DNA of 64,000 nt, from contig CBDBDQ010000005.1 of NCBI GenBank assembly GCA_965203905.1, positions 2,016,001-2,080,000 of the forward strand, read 5' to 3'. Shown piece by piece: positions 53,079 through 62,880 of the stretch. A program made the position numbers and the translations under genes. The DNA is from Spirochaetia bacterium. GTDB lineage: Bacteria > Spirochaetota > Spirochaetia > SZUA-6 > Bin103. The notes under the pieces were generated by a model. It saw nothing but the letters and a program-made list of their open reading frames with translations, searched no databases and was not told the origin of the DNA. Numbering within the stretch: the first letter of the stretch is position 1; each line of letters starts with the position of its first letter.

Positions 53079-53777
53079 ATGATGCGCCACGGTCACTCCA
53101 TTACGGCGAAGACCATGACAACCGATGCACCGGCAGCGCCGGCTGGCCGGCTTTTTCGCGTCACGCACGGCAGGTACGGCGCAACCGAGCCAGCTCGCGG
53201 GACCCGTAGCGCAACCCAGATAGAACTGTTCCGCAAGGCGATCCACATGGCGATCGCCGCGGTGCCCACCATCGCCGCTCTGGATGTGCTGGTGGCCGCG
53301 GGCCTGCTCGGCGTGGGCATAATGATCTACATCGCCGCGGAGCAGGCCCGGCTGACCGGGACCCGCGTGGCCGTGATCTCCGACCTGACCCTGCTGGCGC
53401 TGCGGGAGCGGGATGGCCGGGGATTCGTGCTCGGTCCGGTGACGCTCGGGCTCGGTGCCATGCTGGCCCTGCTGTTGTACCCGGAGCCGGCGGCTTCGGT
53501 GGCCATCTATGCCCTCGCCTTCGGAGACAGCGCCGCCGCCCTCGTGGGAACCGCCTTCGGGCGCATCAAGATCCCGTACACGGGCGGCAAGACCCTGGCC
53601 GGCAGTGCGGCCTGCTGTGCGGTGGTGCTGGCGATCACCCTGCGCATGACCGGCGATGTTGCGGCGTCGCTGGCGGTAGCCGTGGCCGCCGCGTTGCTGG
53701 AGGCCGCACCCACCCGCGACTACGACAATCTCATGCTGCCGGTCGGCGCCGGGCTCGTGGCTCACTACGTGTTGTAG
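53079..53777 (+). CDS. SEC59/DGK1/VTE5-type polyprenol/phytol kinase (CTP-transferase-like) membrane protein
   Basis: ELFRKAIH, LAFGDSAAALVG, GGKTLAGS, YDNL; start could be 53079, 53082 or 53115. Confidence 0.8.
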   Translation: MMRHGHSITAKTMTTDAPAAPAGRLFRVTHGRYGATEPARGTRSATQIELFRKAIHMAIAAVPTIAALDVLVAAGLLGVGIMIYIAAEQARLTGTRVAVISDLTLLALRERDGRGFVLGPVTLGLGAMLALLLYPEPAASVAIYALAFGDSAAALVGTAFGRIKIPYTGGKTLAGSAACCAVVLAITLRMTGDVAASLAVAVAAALLEAAPTRDYDNLMLPVGAGLVAHYVL

Positions 53778-53840
53778 TGCGGCTTCAGCGCGCCTCGTTT
53801 CTCATTGACAGGCGCGGGCGCCCACCGGCAAGGTCACGCC

Positions 53841-55055
53841 ATGGCAGAAATCCGCAACGTCGGCGTTATCACCAGCGGCGGTGATGCCGGCGGATTGAAC
53901 GGCGTCATCCGCGGCGTAGCCGCAATGTGTCAGCACCTGGGGTTCGGCGCGTACGTCATTCCGAACGGTTATGCCGGCCTTTACAATCTGGTGGACCTAC
54001 CCCGCCTGGTGCGGCTGGACCGGGACCGGGTGGACCGTATCGACTCGGCGCGCGCCGGCTCCGAGGCCGGTCACTCCCGCGTCAAGATTTCCAGGATCGA
54101 CGACCCCGACAAGTATGAGCGCATCGGGCGCGGTCTGGCACAGCACGCGATTGATGCATTGGTGATCTCCGGCGGCGACGACACCGGCAGCGTGGTGGTG
54201 GACCTGGTGGCGCACGGGATCCGCTGTGTGCACGCGCCCAAGACGATGGATCTCGACCTGCAGACCTACTCGGTGGGTGGCGATTCGGCGGTCAACCGGA
54301 TCGCACGGATGGTGCAGGACGCCAAGACTACCGGCACTACCCACAATCGCATCATGATCACGGAGGTGTTCGGCCGCTACGCGGGCCACACGGCGCTGCG
54401 CGGCGGGGTGGCGGCGGATGCCGACTGCATCCTGCTGCCGGAGGTGCCCGCCGATCTCGACATCGTCTATCGCCACGCCAAGGAACGCCTGTTCCGCCGC
54501 GTGCGCGGCAGCGACGTACACGCCGGCACCTATACCATCGTCGTTGCCGAGGGGCTGCGCGACGCCGGCGGCGCGGTGATGACCGACACCAGCGCGGGCG
54601 TGGACGCCTTCGGCCACGGCAAGCTGGCCGGTGCCGGCAAGTACGTGCGCTCCGAGCTGGAGCGGCGCATCGCGGCGGACCCCGACACCGGCGCCTACAT
54701 GCGCGCCACCGGCCAGTTCGTCGCCGGCATCTACGAGGCGCCCGAGGTGCGCGAGCTGACACCCAGCCACCTGGTGCGTTCGGGCGGCTCGACCGCGTAC
54801 GACGTCAACTTCGGCAAACAGATCGGCGCCGGTGCGGTAGCGCTGCTGGCGGCCGGCATCTCCGGGGTAACGGCAGCCGGCGGCGACCGCGGCGAGGTGC
54901 GGTACCTGGCCACGGCGGCGGCCATCGAGCAGTGTCACGTGGCCCCGGAGACGGTGGCATTCCATGAGGCGCTCGGCGTGTGCTTCGGCCGTGAGCCGGC
55001 AGACCCCAGCCTGCAGATGCGCGAACTCGGTGCCGTCGAGCAACGCTACCTGTAA
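53841..55055 (+). CDS. pfp: Phosphofructokinase, PPi-dependent signature
   Basis: TSGGDAGGLN, SGGDDT, PKTMD, EVFGR; TTGACA-18-CAAGGT upstream. Confidence 0.88.
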   Translation: MAEIRNVGVITSGGDAGGLNGVIRGVAAMCQHLGFGAYVIPNGYAGLYNLVDLPRLVRLDRDRVDRIDSARAGSEAGHSRVKISRIDDPDKYERIGRGLAQHAIDALVISGGDDTGSVVVDLVAHGIRCVHAPKTMDLDLQTYSVGGDSAVNRIARMVQDAKTTGTTHNRIMITEVFGRYAGHTALRGGVAADADCILLPEVPADLDIVYRHAKERLFRRVRGSDVHAGTYTIVVAEGLRDAGGAVMTDTSAGVDAFGHGKLAGAGKYVRSELERRIAADPDTGAYMRATGQFVAGIYEAPEVRELTPSHLVRSGGSTAYDVNFGKQIGAGAVALLAAGISGVTAAGGDRGEVRYLATAAAIEQCHVAPETVAFHEALGVCFGREPADPSLQMRELGAVEQRYL

Positions 55056-55116
55056 CGGCAGCAGTCGGCCGCACGGCAGGAGTCGGCCGGTGTGCGAGCC
55101 GCGGTGGAACGGCCGG

Positions 55117-55977
55117 TCAGGGGCCGGTGCGGTCGCGGAGGCCGTAGGAGCGCAGGACAAGGGTCTGCGCCAGGCGATCCGGCAGCAGGCGGCGGACGAA
55201 GCGCAGCGCGGGCGCCGCGCTGCCGCAGGCGACGATGGGCGGCGGGCGGCGGGTGGCCAGAACCTGGAGCACGCGCCGCGCCACCGTCTCGGGTGCGGGC
55301 GCGGCGGCCATCTTGCGCGCGCGCGCGCCTTCCACCCGGGCATAGCCGGCGCGGTACGCCGGGCCGGCCGCGCCACTGCGCAGCGGTGTGATGCGGGTGG
55401 CGATGTCGCCCGGCTCCAGCAGCACCACGGCGACGCCATGGTCCCCCAGCTCGCCCCGCAACGCCAGGCTGTAGGCGCGCAGTGCCCCTTTGGAGGCCGC
55501 GTACACGGCGTGGTACGGCACGGGGTACTCGGCGATCAGGGAGCCGATGTTCAGCAGGTGCGCGGGCGCTCCCCCGCGTGCGTGAGTGCGCAATGCCGGC
55601 AGCAGGAATTGGATGAGCCGCACCGCCCCCCACAGGTTGACCTCGAACACCTGCCGCGCGCGCGGCACCGGGAACTCCTCCGCGGGTCCGAGCGCACCCA
55701 CTCCCGCGTTGTTGATCAGCGCCGCCAGGGAGCCGCCGGCGATCTCCACGCAGGCGGCGGCGAAGCGCTCGATGGAACCGCCGTCGGCCAGATCGAGACG
55801 CAGGTAGTGAACCGCGCCGCGCTCCGGGCCGGAGCCGCCCGCGGGCGGCTGGCGCACTCCCGCCAGCACCGTGCAGCCGGCCGCGCACAAGGCGCGTGCG
55901 GTCGCCGCTCCGATGCCGCGGCTGGCGCCGGTGAGTGCCACGAACCGCTGCTGCTGACCCTTGCCGCCGCTGGTCAT
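55117..55977 (-). CDS. SDR-family oxidoreductase
   Basis: TGASRGIG, INNAG, YAASK, EPG. Confidence 0.9.
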   Translation of the reverse strand: MTSGGKGQQQRFVALTGASRGIGAATARALCAAGCTVLAGVRQPPAGGSGPERGAVHYLRLDLADGGSIERFAAACVEIAGGSLAALINNAGVGALGPAEEFPVPRARQVFEVNLWGAVRLIQFLLPALRTHARGGAPAHLLNIGSLIAEYPVPYHAVYAASKGALRAYSLALRGELGDHGVAVVLLEPGDIATRITPLRSGAAGPAYRAGYARVEGARARKMAAAPAPETVARRVLQVLATRRPPPIVACGSAAPALRFVRRLLPDRLAQTLVLRSYGLRDRTGP

Positions 55978-56036
55978 CGCTCGCTGCCCCGGTGGCCAAT
56001 GTACCGCCGCGCGCCCGCCTGTACACGTGGCGCGGG

Positions 56037-56705
56037 ATGGCGTCCCGCAGCATGAGGCGCGGCAAGCGGGACGCCCCGGCGGTGCGGGTCGAGCGCATCC
56101 GTGTCGCGTTGCGCGAGGAGTACCCGGACACGCCCTGCCCGCTCGACCATCGCAACGCCTACGAGCTTCTGGTTGCCACCATCCTGTCGGCGCAATGCAC
56201 CGACGCGCGGGTGAACGTCGTCACGCCGGCGCTGTTTCGCCGCTACCCGGACCCCGCCGCCCTGGCCGGCGCGGACCCCGAGGAACTGCAGCAGTTGATC
56301 CGCAGCACCGGATTCTTCCGCAACAAGTCGCGCAACCTGATTGCCTGCGCGCGTGCCATAGGGGACCTCCATCGTGGCCGCGTACCGCCCGCCCTCGAGG
56401 ACCTGGCGGCGCTGCCCGGAGTCGGGCGCAAGACCGCCAACGTCATGCTGGCGCACTGGTTCGGGGGCCCCGCGGTGGTGGTCGATACCCACTTTCGGCG
56501 CGTTGCGCGCCGCCTCGGACTGGCCACCGCTACCGATCCCGACCGGATCGAGGCCCAGATCCGCGCGCTGGTGCCGGCGCAGCACCAGACCGAGCTCTCG
56601 GCGGTGGTCAACTATCACGGCCGCCGCTGCTGCAGCGCCCGCCGGCCGCAGTGCGAACGCTGCGTGGTAGCACCACTGTGCCCCTACTACACGAGCCTGA
56701 CCTAG
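56037..56705 (+). CDS. nth: Endonuclease III
   Basis: LVATILSAQCTDARVN, LPGVGRKTANV, VDTH, C-x6-C-x2-C-x5-C. Confidence 0.95.
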   Translation: MASRSMRRGKRDAPAVRVERIRVALREEYPDTPCPLDHRNAYELLVATILSAQCTDARVNVVTPALFRRYPDPAALAGADPEELQQLIRSTGFFRNKSRNLIACARAIGDLHRGRVPPALEDLAALPGVGRKTANVMLAHWFGGPAVVVDTHFRRVARRLGLATATDPDRIEAQIRALVPAQHQTELSAVVNYHGRRCCSARRPQCERCVVAPLCPYYTSLT

Positions 56706-56748
56706 CTTGCTAAGGCGCAAGCCAGGCCGCACACTGCGCGCAACGGCA

Positions 56749-57969
56749 ATGCAAGCTACTCACGATCCCGGCCGAGACCCGATCGCCGCCCTGCAGGTGA
56801 GCAACGACCGCCGAATCCTGCTGCTGGTGATGGACGGTCTGGGCGGCCTGCCGCGCGCACCCGGCGGCCCCACCGAGCTGGAGGCGGCGCGCACTCCGAA
56901 CCTCGATGCCCTGGCCCGCGATGCGGAGTGCGGGCTGCACCTCCCCGTCGACTACGGCATCGCGCCCGGCTCGGCGCCCGGGCACCTGGCCCTGTTCGGC
57001 TACGATCCGCTGCAGTACCCGATCGGCCGCGGCATCGTGGCCGCGCTCGGCATCGGCTTCCCGGTGCGCAGCGGGGATGTCGCCGTGCGCCTGAACTTCG
57101 CCACCCGCGACGGTGCCGGGGCGGTAACCGACCGCCGCGCCGGGCGGATCCCCACCGAGCTGTGCGCCGAACTGGCTGCGCGCCTGGACGCGATCGACCT
57201 GCCCGGGGTGGAGGTGGCCGTGCGTCCGGTGCGCGACTACCGCGCCGTGGTGGTGTTGCGCGGCGCCGGGCTCAGCGACGCGGTGGCCGACACCGATCCT
57301 CAGGTCACCGGTGTCCCGGCCCGTGAGCCGAGCGCCACGGCCCCGGAGGGGAAGCACACCGCCGCCGTGACCGCGGCCTTCGTGGCCCGCGCCCGGGAAC
57401 TGCTGGCCGCGGCCGCGCCCGCCAACGAGGTGCTGCTGCGCGGCTTCGCGCAGTTGCCCGAGATACCGAGCCTGCAGCAGCGCTTCGGCCTGCGCCCGGT
57501 GGCGCTCGCGGTCTACCCCGACTACAAGGGCGTCAGCCGCCTGGTGGGGATGGAGGTGATCGACGACCTGGCCGACCTGGCGGCGCAGGGAAGGGCACTG
57601 GCGCAGGCCTGGCCCGACCACGACTACTTCTTCGTGCATCACAAGTACACCGACTCCACCGGTGAGGATGGCGACTTCGACGCCAAGGTGGCGGAAGTCG
57701 AGAAGGTGGACGCAGCTCTGCCCGAGCTGCTCGCCGGCGCTCCCGACGTGGTCATCGTCACCGGCGACCACTCCACGCCGAGCAGCGCCCGTTCGCACAC
57801 GGCACACCCGGTACCGTTCCTGATCCACGCCGCCGGGGCGCGCGCCGACACGGTGCGCGAGTTCGGGGAGCGCACCTGTTCCGGCGGCGCCTGGGGGGTG
57901 GTGCCGGGGCGGGCGTTGCTGGCCATCGCCCTGGGTCACGCCGGCAAGGTGGCGCGCTACGGCGCCTGA
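56749..57969 (+). CDS. apgM: Cofactor-independent phosphoglycerate mutase, archaeal/ApgM type
   Basis: MDGLGG, TELEAARTPNLD, PGSAPGHLALFGYDP, DRRAGRI, TGDHSTP. Confidence 0.9.
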   Translation: MQATHDPGRDPIAALQVSNDRRILLLVMDGLGGLPRAPGGPTELEAARTPNLDALARDAECGLHLPVDYGIAPGSAPGHLALFGYDPLQYPIGRGIVAALGIGFPVRSGDVAVRLNFATRDGAGAVTDRRAGRIPTELCAELAARLDAIDLPGVEVAVRPVRDYRAVVVLRGAGLSDAVADTDPQVTGVPAREPSATAPEGKHTAAVTAAFVARARELLAAAAPANEVLLRGFAQLPEIPSLQQRFGLRPVALAVYPDYKGVSRLVGMEVIDDLADLAAQGRALAQAWPDHDYFFVHHKYTDSTGEDGDFDAKVAEVEKVDAALPELLAGAPDVVIVTGDHSTPSSARSHTAHPVPFLIHAAGARADTVREFGERTCSGGAWGVVPGRALLAIALGHAGKVARYGA

Positions 57970-58000
57970 GGCCGGTGCCGGCGGCGCCAGCGGCGCCCCC

Positions 58001-58627
58001 GTGTCGGTCACCGGTGGACTCGAGAACGATGACCTGCTCGCGGCCTACGAGGCATCGCGCCAGCCACGGTTTCGGGTATACGAGCCGCGGCAGCGGGTAG
58101 TGGTCCTGGGGGCGGCGGGCAGCGCGGCGGCCGACGTGCATCGGGCGGCCGCCCGCGCGGCCGGCGTGCCGATCCGGCGCCGCCGCGGGGGCGGCGGTAC
58201 CGTGCTCCTCACCCCCGGCCAGGTGGTGGTGGCGCTGGTGACCGAGGTCGACCATCCCTACCGCAACCGCGCCTACGCCCGCGCCATCAACGACTGGTTC
58301 ATCGACGCGCTGCGGTGCTGCGGCGTCGGCGGGGTGGAACAGCGCGGGATCTCGGACCTGGCGATCGGCGACCGCAAGATATCGGGCAGCAGCGTGTTCC
58401 GCCGCCGCCGGGTGCTGTTCTTTCAGGCCAGCCTGTTGGTGAACAACGACCCCGCGGAGTTCGAGCGCTACCTTGCCTTTCCGGCACGGGTACCGGACTA
58501 CCGCCGTGGGCGCAGCCATCGCGAGTTCTGCACCACGCTGGCCGCCGCCGGGCATGCGCTCAGCGTGGCGCAGGTGCGCACCGCACTGCAGGCGGTCGTC
58601 GCGGAGCGCCTTCCGGGACTGCGTTGA
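58001..58627 (+). CDS. Short lipoate-protein ligase family protein
   Basis: RRRGGGGTV, SDLAIGDRKISG, PDYRRGRSH. Confidence 0.8.
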   Translation: MSVTGGLENDDLLAAYEASRQPRFRVYEPRQRVVVLGAAGSAAADVHRAAARAAGVPIRRRRGGGGTVLLTPGQVVVALVTEVDHPYRNRAYARAINDWFIDALRCCGVGGVEQRGISDLAIGDRKISGSSVFRRRRVLFFQASLLVNNDPAEFERYLAFPARVPDYRRGRSHREFCTTLAAAGHALSVAQVRTALQAVVAERLPGLR

Positions 58628-60405
58628 TGTGGGCGCGGGCGCTAGGCGGTTTCGGGGCGGTGGTCGTCGCCGCACTGGCCGCCGCCGGCACGGCGTGCAG
58701 TCTGCTGGGCGCGCCCGAGCTGCCGTTCACCACCGCGGACGGGGAGGTGGTGGCGCTGCGCGCCCAGCGCCGGCCGCCCGCGCAGGCCGCCGCGGCACGG
58801 GAGGCGGGGGTGGCCGTCACCGCCATCGCTCCGCAGCATGGCGTCCTGGCAACCGCGCGGTTCAAGCTGGCCACGCCGGTGCTGCTGCGGCCCGGCGACG
58901 CGCTGGCGCTGGAGGTGAGCAGTGAGCTCGAGAGGTTTACCGTCGAGCTGTACGACGCGGCCGACAGCGTGGCGCGCAGCGAACAGGTTCAGGTGGGAGG
59001 CAGCGGCGAGCTGCGCTACCGGTTCGCAATCGAGCGGCCGCTGGAGCTGTGGGGCCTGCAGGTGCGCGTCCCGCCGCGGGCGTCCGCCGGGCGCCTGGAG
59101 TTACGGGCGGCGGGGGTAACGCAGCGCGAAGGGGCGCTGGTGGTGCGGGCGGGCACCCTGGTTGCCGGCAGCGGCTTCGTGCCGCGCGGCGACGCCCGCT
59201 TCGACGGCGCCGCGTTGTGGCCCGTGGACCTGGAGTTGGCGCCGTGGCAGTTCCCGCAGGGCGCCGCGCGGGACGCGAGCGGCGAGCTGCAGTGGCTGTT
59301 GGTGGTGGGGCTGCACAACGCGGCCGCCGCCGACTACCGGGAGCTGCGCGTCGTCCTGGAAGCGCCTGCCGCGCGGCGCACGTTCCTGGTCACGCTGCGC
59401 TCGGGACGACAGTTGCTCCACCTGCACGGAGGCGAGATCGGCTTCCGGCCGCGGCGCCTGTTGCTGCAGCAGGTGGATCCGGGAACGCCCTACACCGGTC
59501 TGATAACGGCCGCCGTGGAGCACCTGCCGCCTGCGCGGCCGGCGCCGGAGCTGGTCGCGCTGCCGGCCGACTTCAGCACGCCATTGCGCCTGGACCGGGC
59601 GCGGTGGCGCCGTCCCGAGTTCGAGCTCTACGCCTGGAACGGCGTCCGGGTGCACCAGGGCGCACTGGTGCTGGTGTTCGATACCGCCGACTACGCCACC
59701 CAGGCCCGCTTCTTTCGCCGGCTCGCGTTCTACGTGGAGAAGCGCGGCTACCGTGGCCGGCTGCTCGGCGACGGCGAGTTGCAGGGACTGCGCGGCTACA
59801 ACGCGCACGACTACGCCGCCGCGGACCTGGCACGGTTCTTCAGCGCGGCGCAGGCGGCCGGAATGGCGCTCACCGACGAGGAGTTGCTGCTGCGCGCGGT
59901 GGCGCTGACCCACGGCATCATCGAGCCCGACCCGGCCGGCGGCTGGCGTGCGGGCGCGGGTGCCATCCTTTCGATTTCGCAATCCTCCGGCGGCGCGCTG
60001 CGCCGCCTGCTGCTGCGGCACGAGGCGCTGCACGGGCTCTATTTCACCCACCCCGGCTACCAGGAGGCGGCGTTGGAGCTGTGGCAGGAGCTGAGTGCCA
60101 ACGAACGGTTGTACTGGCACCTGCTGCTGGACGCCGTAGGCTACGACATCGAATACGAATGGCTGGTGGTGAACGAGTTCCAGGCCTACCTGCTGCAGCA
60201 GGATGTCGCGCGCGTAACCAATCTGCTGGCGCTCTGGGCCGGGCGCCTGCGCGCGCGCCATCCGCAGCACGCGCGCGCCATCGATGCGGTGGCGGCCGAC
60301 GCCGAACGCTGGCGCGCGCTGCACCGGCGCATGGCCGCGGCGCTGGCCACCACCACCGGGGTGCGCAGCGCGGCCCTCACGCTGCTCCGCGTCGCAGGCG
60401 ACTGA
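58627..60405 (+). CDS. Hypothetical lipoprotein with C-terminal HExxH motif
   Basis: Signal ending AAAGTAC; RLAFYVEKRGYRG, NAHDY, RHEALH, NEFQAYL. Confidence 0.7.
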   Translation: MWARALGGFGAVVVAALAAAGTACSLLGAPELPFTTADGEVVALRAQRRPPAQAAAAREAGVAVTAIAPQHGVLATARFKLATPVLLRPGDALALEVSSELERFTVELYDAADSVARSEQVQVGGSGELRYRFAIERPLELWGLQVRVPPRASAGRLELRAAGVTQREGALVVRAGTLVAGSGFVPRGDARFDGAALWPVDLELAPWQFPQGAARDASGELQWLLVVGLHNAAAADYRELRVVLEAPAARRTFLVTLRSGRQLLHLHGGEIGFRPRRLLLQQVDPGTPYTGLITAAVEHLPPARPAPELVALPADFSTPLRLDRARWRRPEFELYAWNGVRVHQGALVLVFDTADYATQARFFRRLAFYVEKRGYRGRLLGDGELQGLRGYNAHDYAAADLARFFSAAQAAGMALTDEELLLRAVALTHGIIEPDPAGGWRAGAGAILSISQSSGGALRRLLLRHEALHGLYFTHPGYQEAALELWQELSANERLYWHLLLDAVGYDIEYEWLVVNEFQAYLLQQDVARVTNLLALWAGRLRARHPQHARAIDAVAADAERWRALHRRMAAALATTTGVRSAALTLLRVAGD

Positions 60406-60784
60406 GCAGCGTGGCACCGCCGGCTCCGGCGGCGACGCCGAGCAGGTTGGCCAGCGCATCCTCCAGTTGCGGCGCCCGTCCGGTAAAGCGCTGCGCCACT
60501 TCGATTCCGGCCCCGTAGCAGGTTCCCAGCAGCAGCGCGGCACCGCACCGCCACCAGACGCCCGGCAGCGGCCGGCCCGACGCGTCGCGTGCCGCCACCC
60601 CCAGGCTCACGGCGAGCAGCGCGCCCAGCAGCAGGTAGGCGAAGAAGTGCGCGGTGCGGTCGTGCGCCGAGGCCCACCCGGGCACCGTCGGGTAGAGCGA
60701 CGCCACCAGCACCAGCAGGGCATACAGCAACAGCAGCGCCCGCAGCGGCTGGCGGCGCCGCGGTTCAGCGCTCGGCGCCGGCAA
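60377..60784 (-). CDS. VanZ-family membrane protein
   Basis: DRTAHFFAY, GIEVAQ..TGR, DALAN. Confidence 0.8.
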   Translation of the reverse strand: MPAPSAEPRRRQPLRALLLLYALLVLVASLYPTVPGWASAHDRTAHFFAYLLLGALLAVSLGVAARDASGRPLPGVWWRCGAALLLGTCYGAGIEVAQRFTGRAPQLEDALANLLGVAAGAGGATLLSRLRRGAA

Positions 60785-61928
60785 CCGTCATCGCGGCCGC
60801 CATTGTGGCCGCACCGTTGGCTTCACCGCCGACCTCCGTAACCGGCACCATCCAGCCGTGGCGGTCCTCCAGGGCGCCGTACTGGACTCCCTTGAGGGTG
60901 CGCAGGAAGGAGCGGCTCACGGGCCCTATCTCGCCGTCGCCGAATACCTTCTCCCGGTCGTCATGGCGCAACGAGCTGAAGTGGGTCACGCCGGCGGCGG
61001 TGCCCGTGCCGAACGCCTCCACGGCGTCGTCGAGCACTTCTTCAACCGACACGGCGCGTTCCTCTACCGCCATACCCTGTTCCTGTGCCAGCTCGATGAT
61101 GGTGCGGCGGGTTATGCCGGGCAGGATCGTGTCGCCCAGCTCCGGGGTAACCAGGCGGCCGTCGCCGAGCACGAAGAACAGGTTGCAAGAAGAACCCTCC
61201 TCGACGTAGCGGTGGTGCTCCGCATCCAGGAACACGCACTCGATGAAGCCGGCCTGCTCCGCCTCCCGCTTGGCCAGGGCGCTGGTCACGTAGTTTGCGC
61301 TGCACTTGATCCAGCCGGTGCCGCCGGGGGTGGCGCGCACCCGCGTGGTGGTGACCGCGGGGGAGGTGTCGCCGGCGGCGAAGTAGGAGCCGACGCGGGT
61401 GCTGATCACGATGAACCAGGGCGCCCGGCTCAGGTTCACGCCGATGCCGCCCTCCGCCAGGGAGAACGGGCGTACGTACACCGAATGGCCGCTGGCGAAG
61501 TCGTCGCGCTCCCAGGCCGGATCGTAGGCGGGCGCGAAGCCGATCGCCTGGTTGCGCGCCACCACCCCCCGCGCCGCGGCCACGAACTGGTCCGCCGGCA
61601 CGCCGGGCATGTACAGCCCCTCCATCGAGCGCTGCATGCGCACGCCGTTCTCGTGCGGGCGGAACAGCTTCAGCGAGCCGTCCGGCTGCGGGAACGCCTT
61701 GAGCCCCTCGAAACAGGCCATCGCGTACTGGGTGCTGTAGTTGACCAGCGGCAGACCCGGGAACTCGTTGCGCTCGCGGTAGAGCTGCTCGCGTTCCGCC
61801 TCCGGCAACGCCTCTTCCTCGGCGGGAGTCAGATGCCGTTTCTCGAGGTAGCGCTGGTCCCACGACTCCCCGTCGAACTTGCTGAGGTAGACCCAAGGGT
61901 AAATGGAAAGACTGAATTCGGCAGCCAT
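60765..61928 (-). CDS. ilvE: Branched-chain amino acid aminotransferase
   Basis: CFEGLKAF, YVRP, KCSANY, EEGSSCNLF, ILPGITR, GTAA. Confidence 0.92.
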   Translation of the reverse strand: MAAEFSLSIYPWVYLSKFDGESWDQRYLEKRHLTPAEEEALPEAEREQLYRERNEFPGLPLVNYSTQYAMACFEGLKAFPQPDGSLKLFRPHENGVRMQRSMEGLYMPGVPADQFVAAARGVVARNQAIGFAPAYDPAWERDDFASGHSVYVRPFSLAEGGIGVNLSRAPWFIVISTRVGSYFAAGDTSPAVTTTRVRATPGGTGWIKCSANYVTSALAKREAEQAGFIECVFLDAEHHRYVEEGSSCNLFFVLGDGRLVTPELGDTILPGITRRTIIELAQEQGMAVEERAVSVEEVLDDAVEAFGTGTAAGVTHFSSLRHDDREKVFGDGEIGPVSRSFLRTLKGVQYGALEDRHGWMVPVTEVGGEANGAATMAAAMTVAGAER

Positions 61929-62151
61929 GCGCCTTCACTCCTGGTAGCTCGGCAGCTTCCGGCATCGACCGGCGGCGCTGCCCGCAGGTGTAGTGGACCG
62001 ATGGTAGCGATCCGCTTCGCCCCCGGTCAACCTGGCATGCCACGCACCCCACCGCGGCTGCGTGGAGCACCGACGCGGCGCTGTTTGGCCGCGGCGCCCT
62101 TCCGATGGCACCGTGGCGTCCCCCGCGCCGCCGCCGTCACGTAGTTGTATT

Positions 62152-62171
62152 TTCCTACAAACATGTAGGAA
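62152..62171. promoter_or_regulatory. Palindrome, candidate upstream activator site
   Basis: TTCCTACA-AACA-TGTAGGAA perfect 8-bp inverted repeat in an AT-rich patch about 130 bp upstream of the predicted sigma-54 start. Confidence 0.6.
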
Positions 62172-62266
62172 TCCTCTGTTTTTGAGGCACCGAAATGTCA
62201 GCTCCATCGGCACTCGGCGTACATGCCTGACGCGATTGCGGTGCCTTCGGGCGCCCCAACGGCGCT

Positions 62267-62282
62267 TGGCACGGGCGTTGCT
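62267..62282 (+). promoter_or_regulatory. Sigma-54 (-24/-12) promoter
   Basis: TGGCACG-GGCG-TTGCT, exact match to the TGGCACG-N4-TTGCW consensus, intergenic. Confidence 0.8.
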
Positions 62283-62754
62283 TTACTGGGTCCATGACGG
62301 CTGTGAAGGCGGGCAGGAGGATTTCTCTCTATCGATGCCACGGTCCGGTGCCGACAATGAGGGAGGATAAGCAGGTCACCGAGGGAAGTACTTGACAGGC
62401 GCGCCGAAGGGCGGGCACTGTTGCGCGGCAGCGTTGCGAGGACGGTCCGCGCAGGCGTGGGATAGCCTGTTCAAATCACGGACTTTGGCTGGTGGAAGGG
62501 CTGGACAAGCCTTTTGGCTGCTGCTACAGTCGCTGCTTCGGACGGTGACGATCCACACCGGCCGCCGACCGTGGCATGTAAGCTACCGCGTGTGCTTGAC
62601 ATGCTACGCAGCTGCCGGTAAATGATCTGAGGGTTACTGCGTATGCCGGCAGGGAGCTTCTGCCTTGCAGGAGCGTCCGATGCGGGTTACGGTGCCGAGA
62701 GGCACATGGACGGTGACGCCCTGAAGGGCTAATCTCGTCCGGCGGTTAACAGTG

Positions 62755-62784
62755 TTGACAACATCCGATTGCGTGGTGCATTAT
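62755..62784 (+). promoter_or_regulatory. Sigma-70-like promoter of the outer-sheath gene
   Basis: TTGACA-18 bp-CATTAT; further TTGACA at 62392 and 62596. Confidence 0.55.
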
Positions 62785-62880
62785 TGCGCCATCGGATAGC
62801 GGGGGCAGGGTTCTGCTAGGCCGTTGGCCAGGCTAAAGGCCCCGTACAAGAGGCCCCGGCAATAAGTGAAGGAGGAAGTG

